24,773 bases of DNA from assembly GCA_044869275.1 (NCBI GenBank), contig JBIOXB010000167.1, positions 1 to 24,773 on the forward strand, read 5' to 3'. Positions 7,609 to 17,383 of the stretch are shown piece by piece. The DNA is from a bacterium. GTDB lineage: Bacteria; Zhuqueibacterota; Zhuqueibacteria; Zhuqueibacterales; Zhuqueibacteraceae. Under the pieces are notes generated by a model. That model had not been told where the DNA came from, did no database searches, and was given only the letters and a program-made list of their open reading frames with translations. Position numbers and translations under genes: made by a program. How positions within the stretch are numbered: the first letter of the stretch is position 1; each line of letters starts with the position of its first letter.

Positions 7609-8055
7609 TCAAAGCCTGGCGTCCTTAATTTGCTGTGTGGCCAGGGCATCGACGCGTTCGTTATAATGCACACCGGCATGGCCGGGGACCTTTTGCCAAT
7701 GTATCTTGTGCGGCGTCAAAAGCTGCTCCAACTCTTGCCATAGATCGACATTGAGCACCGGCTCCTTCTTCTTGGCACCGCGCCGCCAGCCGTTGCGTTT
7801 CCATTGCTCCAGCCAGCCTTGCTGAAAGCAATTGACCAAATAGGCGCTATCAGAGTGAATCGTCACTTCGCACGGCCGTTTCAACATCTTTAATGCTTCA
7901 ATCACCGCGGTCAGTTCCATACGATTGTTCGTCGTCCGTCCGGCGAAGCCGGCGATTTCTTTCTCATGCGCATCTGAGATGAGAATCGCGGCCCAGCCGC
8001 CCGGGCCGGGGTTGCCGGCGCAGGCGCCGTCGGTGTAAATCGTGACGTTGTCCAT
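7609..8055 (-). CDS. rnhA: Ribonuclease HI
   Basis: IYTDGACAGNPGPGG, TTNNRMEL, HSDSAY, WKRNGW, NVDLW and VPGHAG...NERVDALA; all catalytic acidic residues are present. Confidence 0.98.
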   Translation of the reverse strand: MDNVTIYTDGACAGNPGPGGWAAILISDAHEKEIAGFAGRTTNNRMELTAVIEALKMLKRPCEVTIHSDSAYLVNCFQQGWLEQWKRNGWRRGAKKKEPVLNVDLWQELEQLLTPHKIHWQKVPGHAGVHYNERVDALATQQIKDARL

Positions 8056-8297
8056 TCAAATCTCGCGCAGCGTTTATATCACTTGCACGACACTTTCTCG
8101 CGCAGGAATGATCCTTTTGCTACCACTATCGAATTTGCAGCAGAAAGTCGTAAAGTCCAAATGAAATTTCAAAGGGCTGCAAGGGCTTGCTTTTTTGCGG
8201 GAATTGATTTAAACTGCTCTCGTTCCAGAGTTGACGGACACCTCCGGAAGCGGCGTTTGGCGGCATTCTCTAATAATATTTCGACCACCCTCCTTTC

Positions 8298-8885
8298 ATG
8301 CTCGGCAAGAAATCCTCTGCCCAGGCGCGGCGCGAACGCTTCGAGGCCCTGGCATATCCGCACCTGGACGCGTTGTACAATATGGCTCTGCGGCTCACCC
8401 GCCATCCGCTTGATGCCGAAGATCTGGTGCAGGAAGTCTTCTTTCGTGCCTATCGTTTTTTCCACCAATTTGAAGAAGGCACCAACTTCAAAGCCTGGAT
8501 TTTCAAAATACTCACAAACACCTTCATCAATCACTACCGCAAGAAAGCACGTGCACCGCAACAGGTGGAATTTGAAAAAATCGCGCCTTATTACCCGGCG
8601 TCGACGAATGAGCGCACCCAGGACATGACCGCAGGAGGCTTCGCCCACTATCAAGACTTCTTTGGCGATGAAATCAATCAGGCTCTGCAGCAGCTTTCCG
8701 AAGATTTCCGGCTGGCCGTGATGCTTTGCGATATCGAAGGGTTCTCTTATAAGGAAATCTCCGCGCTGCTCAAAGTCCCCATCGGCACGGTGATGTCGCG
8801 CTTGTCGCGCGCGCGAGCGCAATTGCAGAAGCTATTGCGGGATTATGCGCAGCGCGAGGGCATCATCAAGAAGAAGAAGGCTTGA
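8298..8885 (+). CDS. ECF RNA polymerase sigma-70 factor (SigH/SigR-like)
   Basis: Region 2 DAEDLVQE...[21 protein letters not shown]; region 4 [26 protein letters not shown]. Confidence 0.95.
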   Translation: MLGKKSSAQARRERFEALAYPHLDALYNMALRLTRHPLDAEDLVQEVFFRAYRFFHQFEEGTNFKAWIFKILTNTFINHYRKKARAPQQVEFEKIAPYYPASTNERTQDMTAGGFAHYQDFFGDEINQALQQLSEDFRLAVMLCDIEGFSYKEISALLKVPIGTVMSRLSRARAQLQKLLRDYAQREGIIKKKKA

Positions 8886-8948
8886 AGTACAAGAGATTGA
8901 ATTCTGTAGAGGCTAAAAGTTGCTTCCAGCACCATCAGGAGTTCTGGT

Positions 8949-9824
8949 ATGCAGACTTGGGCCGCACGCACGTTTCTCACTCTTGCTGGTATTTCGCTGG
9001 CCTGGCCGCACGCGAACCTCCGCGGCCAAACGCGATTGGATTTCTTCGAAGAAGTCGCGGCGGGCGAACAACAACAGAGCCCAGCAGACACGGCGATGAC
9101 ACTAAGCGTTTCTTCCCTTCCGGACAGCGCCCAGCTGCGCTGGCAGGCGCGCATTGACGCCGGTTATCACACCCCGCCAGTGCACCCCTATTTTCGCGAT
9201 GAGTATCGGGTGATCCAGGACCTGCGGCGGCTGTTGATGTTCGTCAATCCCGCCATCATACAAGACTTGGCTTCGATGCCGGAAATGGTTGAAGCAGCGC
9301 GCGCGCTTCCGGAAAGTCGCCAAAACGAAATCATCGCAGCCGCGATTGCCGGCAGCGCAGCCAATCAGTTTTCCGAGATGGTGAGCCGTTCTTTGCGCCA
9401 ACGCCGTGCGGGATTTTTGCAGTGGGAATTGGAGAAGGTCGTGCTGCGTACCGCGTACCGCCGCTTCCAGACGCAATGGTATTATGGCATTAATATGCAG
9501 GGCTTCGTACTGCACACCCCGGTGCGCGGATTCTCATATTCGTACCACCTGACCAACGTTTATTCGTACGAAGGCGTGAATTACTGGCCGGTGCGCGCCT
9601 TCGGCTTTCATTATGGACGCCTGAACCGCAAGCCCGTCTATGGGCCGCGCCTGGCTTCGCGCTTCGGCAACGTTGCGCTCAATTACGAAACCGCGCAGCG
9701 CGCATTGCTGACCGGCTTTGAGTTTCGCCGCCGGGCCAGAGTGGTCGTACGCTTATTCTATGCGAATTATCTGAGCCTGCCACAGGCCGATTATGTGCGC
9801 AGCGAAGTGCTGCTCAGTTGGTGA
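8949..9824 (+). CDS. Secreted/outer-membrane hypothetical protein
   Basis: N-terminal hydrophobic signal-like segment. The C-terminal half has aromatic-rich amphipathic strands ending VRSEVLLSW. Confidence 0.7.
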   Translation: MQTWAARTFLTLAGISLAWPHANLRGQTRLDFFEEVAAGEQQQSPADTAMTLSVSSLPDSAQLRWQARIDAGYHTPPVHPYFRDEYRVIQDLRRLLMFVNPAIIQDLASMPEMVEAARALPESRQNEIIAAAIAGSAANQFSEMVSRSLRQRRAGFLQWELEKVVLRTAYRRFQTQWYYGINMQGFVLHTPVRGFSYSYHLTNVYSYEGVNYWPVRAFGFHYGRLNRKPVYGPRLASRFGNVALNYETAQRALLTGFEFRRRARVVVRLFYANYLSLPQADYVRSEVLLSW

Positions 9825-9829
9825 ACCGC

Positions 9830-11602
9830 TCACGACTTGCGCGACGAGGCGGGATTTCTCTGCCATCTTCTTCGGACTTCAAAACTCATGGTGCCGCGGT
9901 CGGGGTCAATGGCCTGGCAAACTGCTGCGACCGCCAGCGGCGAATCGACCGGCGGAATTTGCCGTGCGCCCAGGCCCTTGATGCTCGAAAGCGGTACGTA
10001 CAGGCGCAAGTTCAGCTCATGCAGCAGCAGAATGACGCTGCGTGCCGGTGGCGGGCTGTGGCAAATGTCGGCGGAAAATTCTTCGCCCAGATTCTGCTGG
10101 AGATAAACGCATTTGTAATAAAACTCCGCGCGAGATTCCAATTTCCCGATGCGGCGAATGGCCTCTTCCGCGGCCAAGCCGCGGGTGCGCAATTCTTCCG
10201 GCGCATAAACCGTGCTGCCATTTTGCAGAAACGACACGATCTGCCGCTGCATCATGAGATCGGTGTAACGCCGCAATGGTGAGGTGACCTGGGTGTAGCC
10301 CTCGATGCCCAAATCGCGATGCGGCGCCATGTTGAGATTGATTTGTGGCCGCACGAAACTGGGAGCGCCCTCGGCGCCTTCCTCGTCCGCACGTGGCGCG
10401 GCAGCCTCCTGCACACGGTAGATGCACGGCAAATCATGCTTCGCGCAAAAGAGCGCGGCCGCGTGATTCGCCGCGATCATCCATTCCGAGATCATTTTGT
10501 GCGAGGGTTCCGCTTGCGAGTAGCGGCGCAGGGTCACGCGCCCATCGGCCTGCACTTTCACGTCCACCTGTTCGCGATCGAAAACCCGGCCACCGGCTTT
10601 GATCCTTTTGCGTTCGAGCTCTTGCGCGCCTTCCCACCACACCTGCGCCGCGCTCTGATATTCCGAGGGCCGGGCGCGGCTTTCCTTGACTTTCCATTTG
10701 CCCGCCATTTTTTCCTGCAAAGACGCCGCCGCGAACCACTGCGACACTTGTTCGTAATCGGCGTTGCGGGTGATGGCAATCGACTCGCTCAGCACGCGAT
10801 GAAATTGCAGCGCGTTCCCCCCTTCTTTGCGAAAATAAAAGGAGACGACCGGGCGAATCGTGCCGGCGTTCAAGCCGGCCCGTTCCGCCACCTGCGCCGG
10901 CAGCATGGGAATGTGGCGGTGCGGCATATAGACCGAGACCGCCATCGCGCTGGCCCAGCGGTCCCATTCGCATGCTTGTGGCACCAAATCTTCCAGTAGC
11001 GGAATGTGCACGCCGATCTCATACCCGTTGGCCAGGCGGCGCAGGCTCAAAGCATCGTCGCGGTCCACGGTGTCGGCATTGTCCACGGTCAAGACGATGA
11101 AATCCGGATCCTGCGTATTGGCGCTGGCCGCCGCAGCCGCGGCGGGAACGTGGTTTTCAGTATAGGACAAACGTGCCAGATGTTGGCGGATTTGTTGGGA
11201 AGAGTACACAAAAATATCCGTTTCTGCCGGAACTAAGCCGCGGCGTATCAGCCATTCGAATAAAAGCGCGCGCACCTCACGATAGCCGGTGAGCGAATGC
11301 AATGTTTTGAGCTGTCGCACGAATTGCAGGCGCCAGGTTTCGGGATAAAGTTTCCTTTGCCGGAGGGTGGCGCGCACCAAACGTATCAATCGTTTGCCCA
11401 GCGGCTGCTGCTCCACTTCCGCACGGCTCCAATTTTCCTGCCAGGACTTCTTGAAAAGCGCGAACACGGCGTCAAATTGCTCGCGCTGCCCGGCCTGTAT
11501 CAGTGATGAACTATTCGTCGCAGGCGAGACAGGTTTGCTCGCTGGGCCCTGTTGTGCTTGTGCCTGCGGCGCATGTGTTTTGTTGTCGGGTTCTGCTGCC
11601 AT
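9830..11602 (-). CDS. RNB-domain exoribonuclease (RNase II/RNase R family)
   Basis: Catalytic motif LTVDNADTVDRDDALS, plus IGVHI, MISEWMIAANHAAA, IYRVQ and YTQVTSPLRRYTDL. ATG 11602 preferred over TTG 11611. Confidence 0.92.
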   Translation of the reverse strand: MAAEPDNKTHAPQAQAQQGPASKPVSPATNSSSLIQAGQREQFDAVFALFKKSWQENWSRAEVEQQPLGKRLIRLVRATLRQRKLYPETWRLQFVRQLKTLHSLTGYREVRALLFEWLIRRGLVPAETDIFVYSSQQIRQHLARLSYTENHVPAAAAAASANTQDPDFIVLTVDNADTVDRDDALSLRRLANGYEIGVHIPLLEDLVPQACEWDRWASAMAVSVYMPHRHIPMLPAQVAERAGLNAGTIRPVVSFYFRKEGGNALQFHRVLSESIAITRNADYEQVSQWFAAASLQEKMAGKWKVKESRARPSEYQSAAQVWWEGAQELERKRIKAGGRVFDREQVDVKVQADGRVTLRRYSQAEPSHKMISEWMIAANHAAALFCAKHDLPCIYRVQEAAAPRADEEGAEGAPSFVRPQINLNMAPHRDLGIEGYTQVTSPLRRYTDLMMQRQIVSFLQNGSTVYAPEELRTRGLAAEEAIRRIGKLESRAEFYYKCVYLQQNLGEEFSADICHSPPPARSVILLLHELNLRLYVPLSSIKGLGARQIPPVDSPLAVAAVCQAIDPDRGTMSFEVRRRWQRNPASSRKS

Positions 11603-12074
11603 TCTGCACAATCCTTGGGATGAACAGTAAGCAATATAACCAAAATTGCTCTTCTTTCAAAGAAAAGTCACCGGGGCGCTCCGCTAACCGGCCTAACTTG
11701 AAGTAACTATGAGGTGTCATTCCGCACGCCCGGGCAGGCCGGGGAACATCTCTGCTGGAATCCCCGTTCGCGCCGGCATGAAAATCCGCCTTGCCAACAG
11801 CACCGTCCGAGACCTGTTCTCCAGTGCACGCACACAAGAGAGGAACGTTGCGCTTATTGCGGAGCGGCTTGAGTTTTGCAACAATCGCGTGCGATCTTCT
11901 CGATTTCTTGAGTGTTGCCAAGGCGAGGGCTTTGGCGTGAATTAAGCTGCCGCACGCAACCGATTTCACAGAGGCTGAAGAAATCATCACCTTGGTCAGT
12001 CTGACCGCTTGAGGGGATCGGCACGAATACAAACACGAAGTGTTTTGCGCAACTATCAAAAGGCAGGAAACACT

Positions 12075-15000
12075 ATGAGAGTTTTTGCCACGCGCTACGC
12101 TCTGCTTTTGAGTTTGTTCTTGACCAGCTTGGCGGCGGCCCAGGAGTGGAGCGATCCCGTCAACTTGGGCAATGGTTATACGCCGGACATGGACATCGAT
12201 CCGGTCACCGGCAAAATATATGTCGTGCATCACAACAACGGTTTGATATACACCGTGCTGAGCCCCACCGGCGAAATTCTGTCGCAGGAAAATGTCGGCG
12301 TGGCCAGCGGCGACGCCATCGGCCGCGCGCAATTCGGAGCGACGATTGCCTTTGATCCGAAAACGCAGCAGCCGCACGTGTGTTATCGCATTTTCACCAG
12401 CCTCGATCGTTACAATGTTTTCTACATTCGCCGCAAAGCCGACGACAGCTGGACGGCGCCGCTGCGCATCGTCAACAATCTCGAACGGGCCTACAGCGTG
12501 CGTCTGGAGGTCGACAGCAAGGGCGTGGCGCACGTGGTGCACGGCCAGGTGGACGGCGCCGTGCCTTACGGCGTGGCGACCTACCTGCGCATCACCAATG
12601 GTGTGGTCGATCAAACGATTCCCGACTTGCGTGCGTACCGTGTGGATGATCGCGTCGAAATCAGCGTGGGCGGCGACGACGTCGTAAACCTCATCTTGAG
12701 CAGCCCGGATGATTTACCCGGGGGCAGCTCTGTGACTTATTTTCAATCCACAGACGGCGGCTCGACGTTGATCAAAGTTGCTGATATTCCCGACGCCGCA
12801 GCCACAGGACGCAATGGCAATGCCGATATTTTTTCGGACAAGAATGGCAACGTTCATATTGCATACGGCTCGGCCGGGTATCCCAGCACCAGCGGGCCGC
12901 GAACGTTGCGTTACGCGCGCTACGCCGGTTCCAGCAAATTGCGCGACGTCGTCGTCAACGACCCCGGCGAGTTGCAGCCGTGGCATCACAACCTCGGCAT
13001 CGGATCGGTGGCGGCCAGCGATGACGGCAAATTTGTGGTGATGGCTTATACCACGACCGATGGCGGGCAATTGCGCGCGCGCTTGTCCGGCACCGGAGGC
13101 GACACGTGGTCCGTGCCAACGCCGCTCGCGAGCCAGTGCGGCGGAGATGAAGGCCGCGACAAGCAAATTGTACGTGCGCGCAACAACACCTTCTATCTCG
13201 CTTATCCTTCCACGGGTCGCGTCTATTTGCGCATTTTAAAAGCCGCCAACGATGCGCCCAGCGCCAGAGCCGGCGGCCCCTACACCGGCGCAGAAGGCAC
13301 TCCGATACAATTTGACGCCACGGGTTCGACCGCTGACGGCGCGATTATACAATATCGCTGGGACTGGACCAGCGACGGCGTGTGGGATGACAGCAGCGCC
13401 ACCGTGAAAATGTCGCACACTTATTTTGATGATTTCACCGGCGCGGCCAAATTGGAAGTGAAAGATGTCGGCGGAGCACGCGGCGTGGCTTCGGCGCAGG
13501 TGACGGTGAGAAACATCGCACCGAATGCGGAAGCCGGCGGGCCCTATGCCGGCGGTGTCAACCGGCAGGTCGCCTTGAGCGGCAGCGCGACCGATCCTGG
13601 CCCGCTCGACACGTTTGCATTCAAGTGGGATTTGGACAATAACGGCTCATTCGAAATCACCGGCAAAAACGTCACCACGACTTATAGCAGCTTGGGCGTT
13701 AGAAAAGTGAGAATGCAAGTGACCGATGATAACGGCGGCGTGGGCACGGATTCGGCAACGGTCGACATCCGCTCGGGCGTGCCGCTGGTCAATCAAATTC
13801 CGAATCAAACCGTAAGCGAAAACACCGCCTTCACCCCCGTGCAACTGGACAATTTCGTGATCGACGTCGATCACCAAGACAGCCAAATCATCTGGACGGC
13901 TGCGGGCAACATTAAGCTGCTGGTCAACATTGCCAATCGTATCGCAACCGTCGCCGTACCAGACTCCGAATATGCCGGGCAGGAGCAAATCACGTTTACC
14001 GCAAAGGATCCGGATAATAATACCGCGTCCACCATGGTGACGTTCAGAGTCAACGGCGTGAACGATTTGCCGGCGGTCAGCGCCATTCCCTCGCCACGCG
14101 TGAACGAAGGCAGGCCCTTCGACAAAATCATGCTCGATAATTATGTTTTCGATGCCGATCACAATGATACACTCATGTCGTGGCGGGCGGAAGGGCAAGC
14201 CAATCTCACCGTGGCGATCGTGAATCGCATCGCCACCGTCGCGCCCGCGGATTCGGAATGGGCGGGATTTGAGCGCATCACTTTTATTGCGAAGGATGGC
14301 GCCGGGGCCGAAGCCAGCACACAAGTGCGTTTCACCATCGATCCCGTGAATGATCCGCCGCGCATTAACGCGGTGCCGGAACAGGTGGTCAATCGCGGCG
14401 CGAATTTTCCGCCGTTGGATTTGACCGGTTTCACCAAAGATCCGGACGATCTGCTCTCGACGCTCGAGCTGACCGCCAGCGGCAACAGCAATCTCAGTCT
14501 TGTCATCAACGGTTTGGTGGTCACCGTACTAACGCCGAGCGCGCAATGGGTCGGCAGCGAGCAAGTTACCTTCAGCGTACGCGATCCCAACAACGCCAGC
14601 GGCACGCGTGTGGTCAAATTCAGCGTGCGTGACGTGAACACCGCGCCGCGCTGGCTCAATGTGAGAGACTACGCCTTCAACGAAGATGACACGCTGAAGA
14701 TTCCTCTCGCCGAAATGCGCGCCCGCGTGGCGGACAACGAAGATGCTGGTGAAAGTTTTTCATTTTATTTGACGGGCAACCGTAATGTCAAGTCCTTCAG
14801 CACGCCCTCTTATTTCAATTTATACGCCACACTCAATTGGTACGGCGAAGAGACGGTGAAGCTCGTGGTGCACGATAGCCGCGGCGGGCGCGATACGGTT
14901 GCCACGCGAATGACGGTGTTGCCCGTCGTCGATCCGCTCCAGGCTTTCAACGTCATCACGCCGGTGGGGCTGTTTTATTCCATCCGTCCCAGTGCCGTCA

Positions 15001-15554
15001 CATTCATTTGGCAAGCCACCTCCGATCCGGATCATCCCGGCAGCACCATTGATTACCTCTGGACCCTCAGCGAAAATCCGGAATTCACGCAAATCGCGGA
15101 TCAAAAATCCGTGAATAATACGACTTTGACCTACACCCTCAACAATGCTTTGAAAAAAACGGTCTATTACTGGAATGTGCAGGCCTTCAGCAGCAGCGGC
15201 CTGAACGCCAAGACCACGGCTGTGGGCAGTTTCGGCATGCCCGTTTCCGTCGAAGAGCGGGAAGCAGAATTACCCGTAACTTTTGCGCTCAAACAAAATT
15301 ATCCCAACCCTTTCAACCCACAGACCACGATCGCTTTCGATCTCGCCAAAGCGGCGCAGGCGGTGGTCACGATCTACGACGTCGAAGGCAAGGCCGTCAG
15401 GGTGCTCGTGAATGAAACCATGCCGGCCGGCAGGCACCAAAAAACGTGGAATGCGCAGAATTTGGCCAGCGGAGTTTATTTTGCTGAATTGCGCGTGCTG
15501 GACCACGGCAGAGTGCTGTATCAATCGCGGCAGAAGATGTCGTTGGTGAGGTGA
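12075..15554 (+). CDS. T9SS/Por C-terminal sorting domain surface protein: BNR-type propeller, two PKD domains, four ~95-aa cadherin-like Ig repeats and an Fn3-like domain
   Basis: Signal peptide MRVFATRYALLLSLFLTSLAAA|Q with RBS AGGCAGGA. Asp-box STDGGST. Two 'A.AGGPY.G' PKD units with Y.WDW/F.WDL. Four repeats ending V.D/VN[DT]. CTD FALKQNYPNPFNP...LASGVYF...KMSLVR. Confidence 0.88.
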   Translation: MRVFATRYALLLSLFLTSLAAAQEWSDPVNLGNGYTPDMDIDPVTGKIYVVHHNNGLIYTVLSPTGEILSQENVGVASGDAIGRAQFGATIAFDPKTQQPHVCYRIFTSLDRYNVFYIRRKADDSWTAPLRIVNNLERAYSVRLEVDSKGVAHVVHGQVDGAVPYGVATYLRITNGVVDQTIPDLRAYRVDDRVEISVGGDDVVNLILSSPDDLPGGSSVTYFQSTDGGSTLIKVADIPDAAATGRNGNADIFSDKNGNVHIAYGSAGYPSTSGPRTLRYARYAGSSKLRDVVVNDPGELQPWHHNLGIGSVAASDDGKFVVMAYTTTDGGQLRARLSGTGGDTWSVPTPLASQCGGDEGRDKQIVRARNNTFYLAYPSTGRVYLRILKAANDAPSARAGGPYTGAEGTPIQFDATGSTADGAIIQYRWDWTSDGVWDDSSATVKMSHTYFDDFTGAAKLEVKDVGGARGVASAQVTVRNIAPNAEAGGPYAGGVNRQVALSGSATDPGPLDTFAFKWDLDNNGSFEITGKNVTTTYSSLGVRKVRMQVTDDNGGVGTDSATVDIRSGVPLVNQIPNQTVSENTAFTPVQLDNFVIDVDHQDSQIIWTAAGNIKLLVNIANRIATVAVPDSEYAGQEQITFTAKDPDNNTASTMVTFRVNGVNDLPAVSAIPSPRVNEGRPFDKIMLDNYVFDADHNDTLMSWRAEGQANLTVAIVNRIATVAPADSEWAGFERITFIAKDGAGAEASTQVRFTIDPVNDPPRINAVPEQVVNRGANFPPLDLTGFTKDPDDLLSTLELTASGNSNLSLVINGLVVTVLTPSAQWVGSEQVTFSVRDPNNASGTRVVKFSVRDVNTAPRWLNVRDYAFNEDDTLKIPLAEMRARVADNEDAGESFSFYLTGNRNVKSFSTPSYFNLYATLNWYGEETVKLVVHDSRGGRDTVATRMTVLPVVDPLQAFNVITPVGLFYSIRPSAVTFIWQATSDPDHPGSTIDYLWTLSENPEFTQIADQKSVNNTTLTYTLNNALKKTVYYWNVQAFSSSGLNAKTTAVGSFGMPVSVEEREAELPVTFALKQNYPNPFNPQTTIAFDLAKAAQAVVTIYDVEGKAVRVLVNETMPAGRHQKTWNAQNLASGVYFAELRVLDHGRVLYQSRQKMSLVR

Positions 15555-15973
15555 CTTGATCACATCAGATCGTCCGCAGATTCTTAGTATGTAAAGCAAA
15601 AGAATAACACAAAAATAGACGGAAAGATTCGTAGAACCCGGCCCTGCTCAATCTCCAAGAGTGTGCTCGGGTTTTTGGCTTTGATTTTGAATGCAAAAGT
15701 CCTATTGCAGGATTGGGAAACTGAGAAGAAAAATTCTCATAAATAGAAAAACGTTCTTTATTCATCATCCTTCCGCCTTTCTAACCGCTGTGTATTCAAT
15801 ACCGCTGTTCATTTGAGATTTCAATTGCGCTTTGGCATCGGCTTTGCCAAATTTACCATTGCTGCCAAGAACTTCGGTATTTTTGTAGAAGCCACCTCAG
15901 AAGTTGCAGGTGGGATTTTGTTGCAAGGAAGCTTGACAACGGCAGGGTTGCCGGTTTCGAAGAAGCAAGAATC

Positions 15974-16023
15974 AAGGCCTGAGTACATCCTGAACGAGGT
16001 GTATTCGGGCCTTTTGTTTTGTT
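15974..16023 (+). promoter_or_regulatory. Strong leader hairpin with U-rich tail (possible attenuator) upstream of the BNR gene
   Basis: 16-bp stem AAGGCCTGAGTACATC / GGTGTATTCGGGCCTT (3 G-U pairs), 8-nt loop, followed by TTGTTTTGTT. Confidence 0.55.
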
Positions 16024-16059
16024 TGTCTTCAGTAACCAAAAAAAGAAGTGGAGGCAAAA

Positions 16060-17370
16060 ATGCGGATAACCAACGCTACGGGCCGAACGGGTATTCTCGC
16101 TTTAATTTTTATGCTGATCAACACGTTGCACGCTCAACAATACGACTGGAAAATCATCGCCCGGCCAACCAGCTATCGGCTTTATGCGGTTGATTTTGTC
16201 GACGCGTTGTACGGCTGGTGTGCTGGAAAGGACACTGTCTACTATACAACCGACGGCGGTAAAACCTGGCAAGGCATTCACGGACCAATAAATGCCGATT
16301 TTACGAGCCTGTCTTTTGCGGATAGACTAAATGGTTGGGCAGCGGGAAACTTCGCTCAAGCCGCCGGGTTAATTTGGAGGACAAACAATGGTGGCATTGC
16401 ATGGACGGAACAGGTCTCTCCTGATACTCGATTCGTTCTTCGCTATTGGAGTACATCCGCTCAAAGCTTGACTAATAATACAACAGTAGGGACACGATTT
16501 GCAGTTGCTGACACCGGTATTATTATGATGACCACCAACAGTGGCGCTAGTTGGAAGAGACAAATCCCTGCTGACAGCATCGCTGCAATCGATAAAATTT
16601 CCTTCATCGACCCGTTCCGTGGTTGGGCATTGGGAGCGCTCAGAAATGCTGAAGGTATTTTGTTGCGCACGAGTGATGGCGGCAAAGCTTGGGAGATCTT
16701 GAAAACCCCCAGAACTTTTACTGCCATCTCGTTTATTGATAGTTTGAAAGGCTGGGCACGGGGGGGCGAAGTGTATTTTACTCGGGATGGGGGTTCAATC
16801 TGGCAATCTTTAGGCTTTGCTCTTTCTGCGGAATTTTATGCCAAAACCTTTTCATTTGTCGATAGCCTGAACGGTTGGGCCTTCGGCGCGCAATTCTATC
16901 GCGGCATCGAAACCGAAGCCATTTACTCTACAAAGGACGGTGGAAAAAGCTGGGCGCAAGAATCCATCGGACTCACCGGAGATTTTGGATATATCACCGA
17001 TGCCCTGATGCTGGATCACCATCACGGTTGGGCGGTATCATATAATGGCGCGGTGCTTTCTTATCAATTGATGACCGGGGTAGTAGAAAAGATTAATGCC
17101 TTGTCCAAAGAGTTTTCTCTGCAACAGAACTTTCCCAATCCCTTCAACCCCGCCACAAACATTCAATACTCCATTTTGAAGCGATCACCCGTCACGCTGC
17201 GCGTTTATGACGCCCTGGGAAAAATGATGGTGACATTGGTCAGCGAGATGCAAGAACCCGGCGTTTATCGCGTGCGCTTTGATGGCTCGCGTTTGGCAAG
17301 TGGGACTTATCTGTATGAATTGAAAGCGGGCGAATCAAGCGCCACGCAAACCATGCACCTTCTCAAATGA
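16060..17370 (+). CDS. YCF48-related BNR/Asp-box beta-propeller protein with T9SS C-terminal domain
   Basis: Six Asp-box repeats (TTDGGKTW, TNNGGIAW, TTNSGASW, TSDGGKAW, TRDGGSIW, TKDGGKSW) alternating with 'F.D...GW'. Signal peptide ..LHA|Q, CTD NFPNPFNP, GGAGG RBS before ATG 16060. Confidence 0.9.
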   Translation: MRITNATGRTGILALIFMLINTLHAQQYDWKIIARPTSYRLYAVDFVDALYGWCAGKDTVYYTTDGGKTWQGIHGPINADFTSLSFADRLNGWAAGNFAQAAGLIWRTNNGGIAWTEQVSPDTRFVLRYWSTSAQSLTNNTTVGTRFAVADTGIIMMTTNSGASWKRQIPADSIAAIDKISFIDPFRGWALGALRNAEGILLRTSDGGKAWEILKTPRTFTAISFIDSLKGWARGGEVYFTRDGGSIWQSLGFALSAEFYAKTFSFVDSLNGWAFGAQFYRGIETEAIYSTKDGGKSWAQESIGLTGDFGYITDALMLDHHHGWAVSYNGAVLSYQLMTGVVEKINALSKEFSLQQNFPNPFNPATNIQYSILKRSPVTLRVYDALGKMMVTLVSEMQEPGVYRVRFDGSRLASGTYLYELKAGESSATQTMHLLK

Positions 17371-17383
17371 AAGGAAAGAAATC

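Noticed and set aside
11660..11850. Possible cobalamin riboswitch (GTCCGAGACCTG) or degenerate REP (GTCATTCCG...GGAATCCC at 11716-11764)
   Set aside because: The core B12-element motifs (GGGAA-x-CGGTG, GCCACTG, GGGAAG) are not in the right order, and the REP arms are interrupted. An Rfam scan would be needed to revive either call.
8083..14659. Long alternative-frame and antisense ORFs (8169..8822, 10319..10999, 11511..12614, 13647..14324, etc.)
   Set aside because: Shadow ORFs expected in GC-rich coding DNA; each overlaps a gene with clear family motifs.
15565..16193. ORFs 15565..15768, 15813..16193 and 15821..16057
   Set aside because: No recognisable motifs or good RBS. The latter two cross the leader hairpin and 15813..16193 also overlaps the real gene start.
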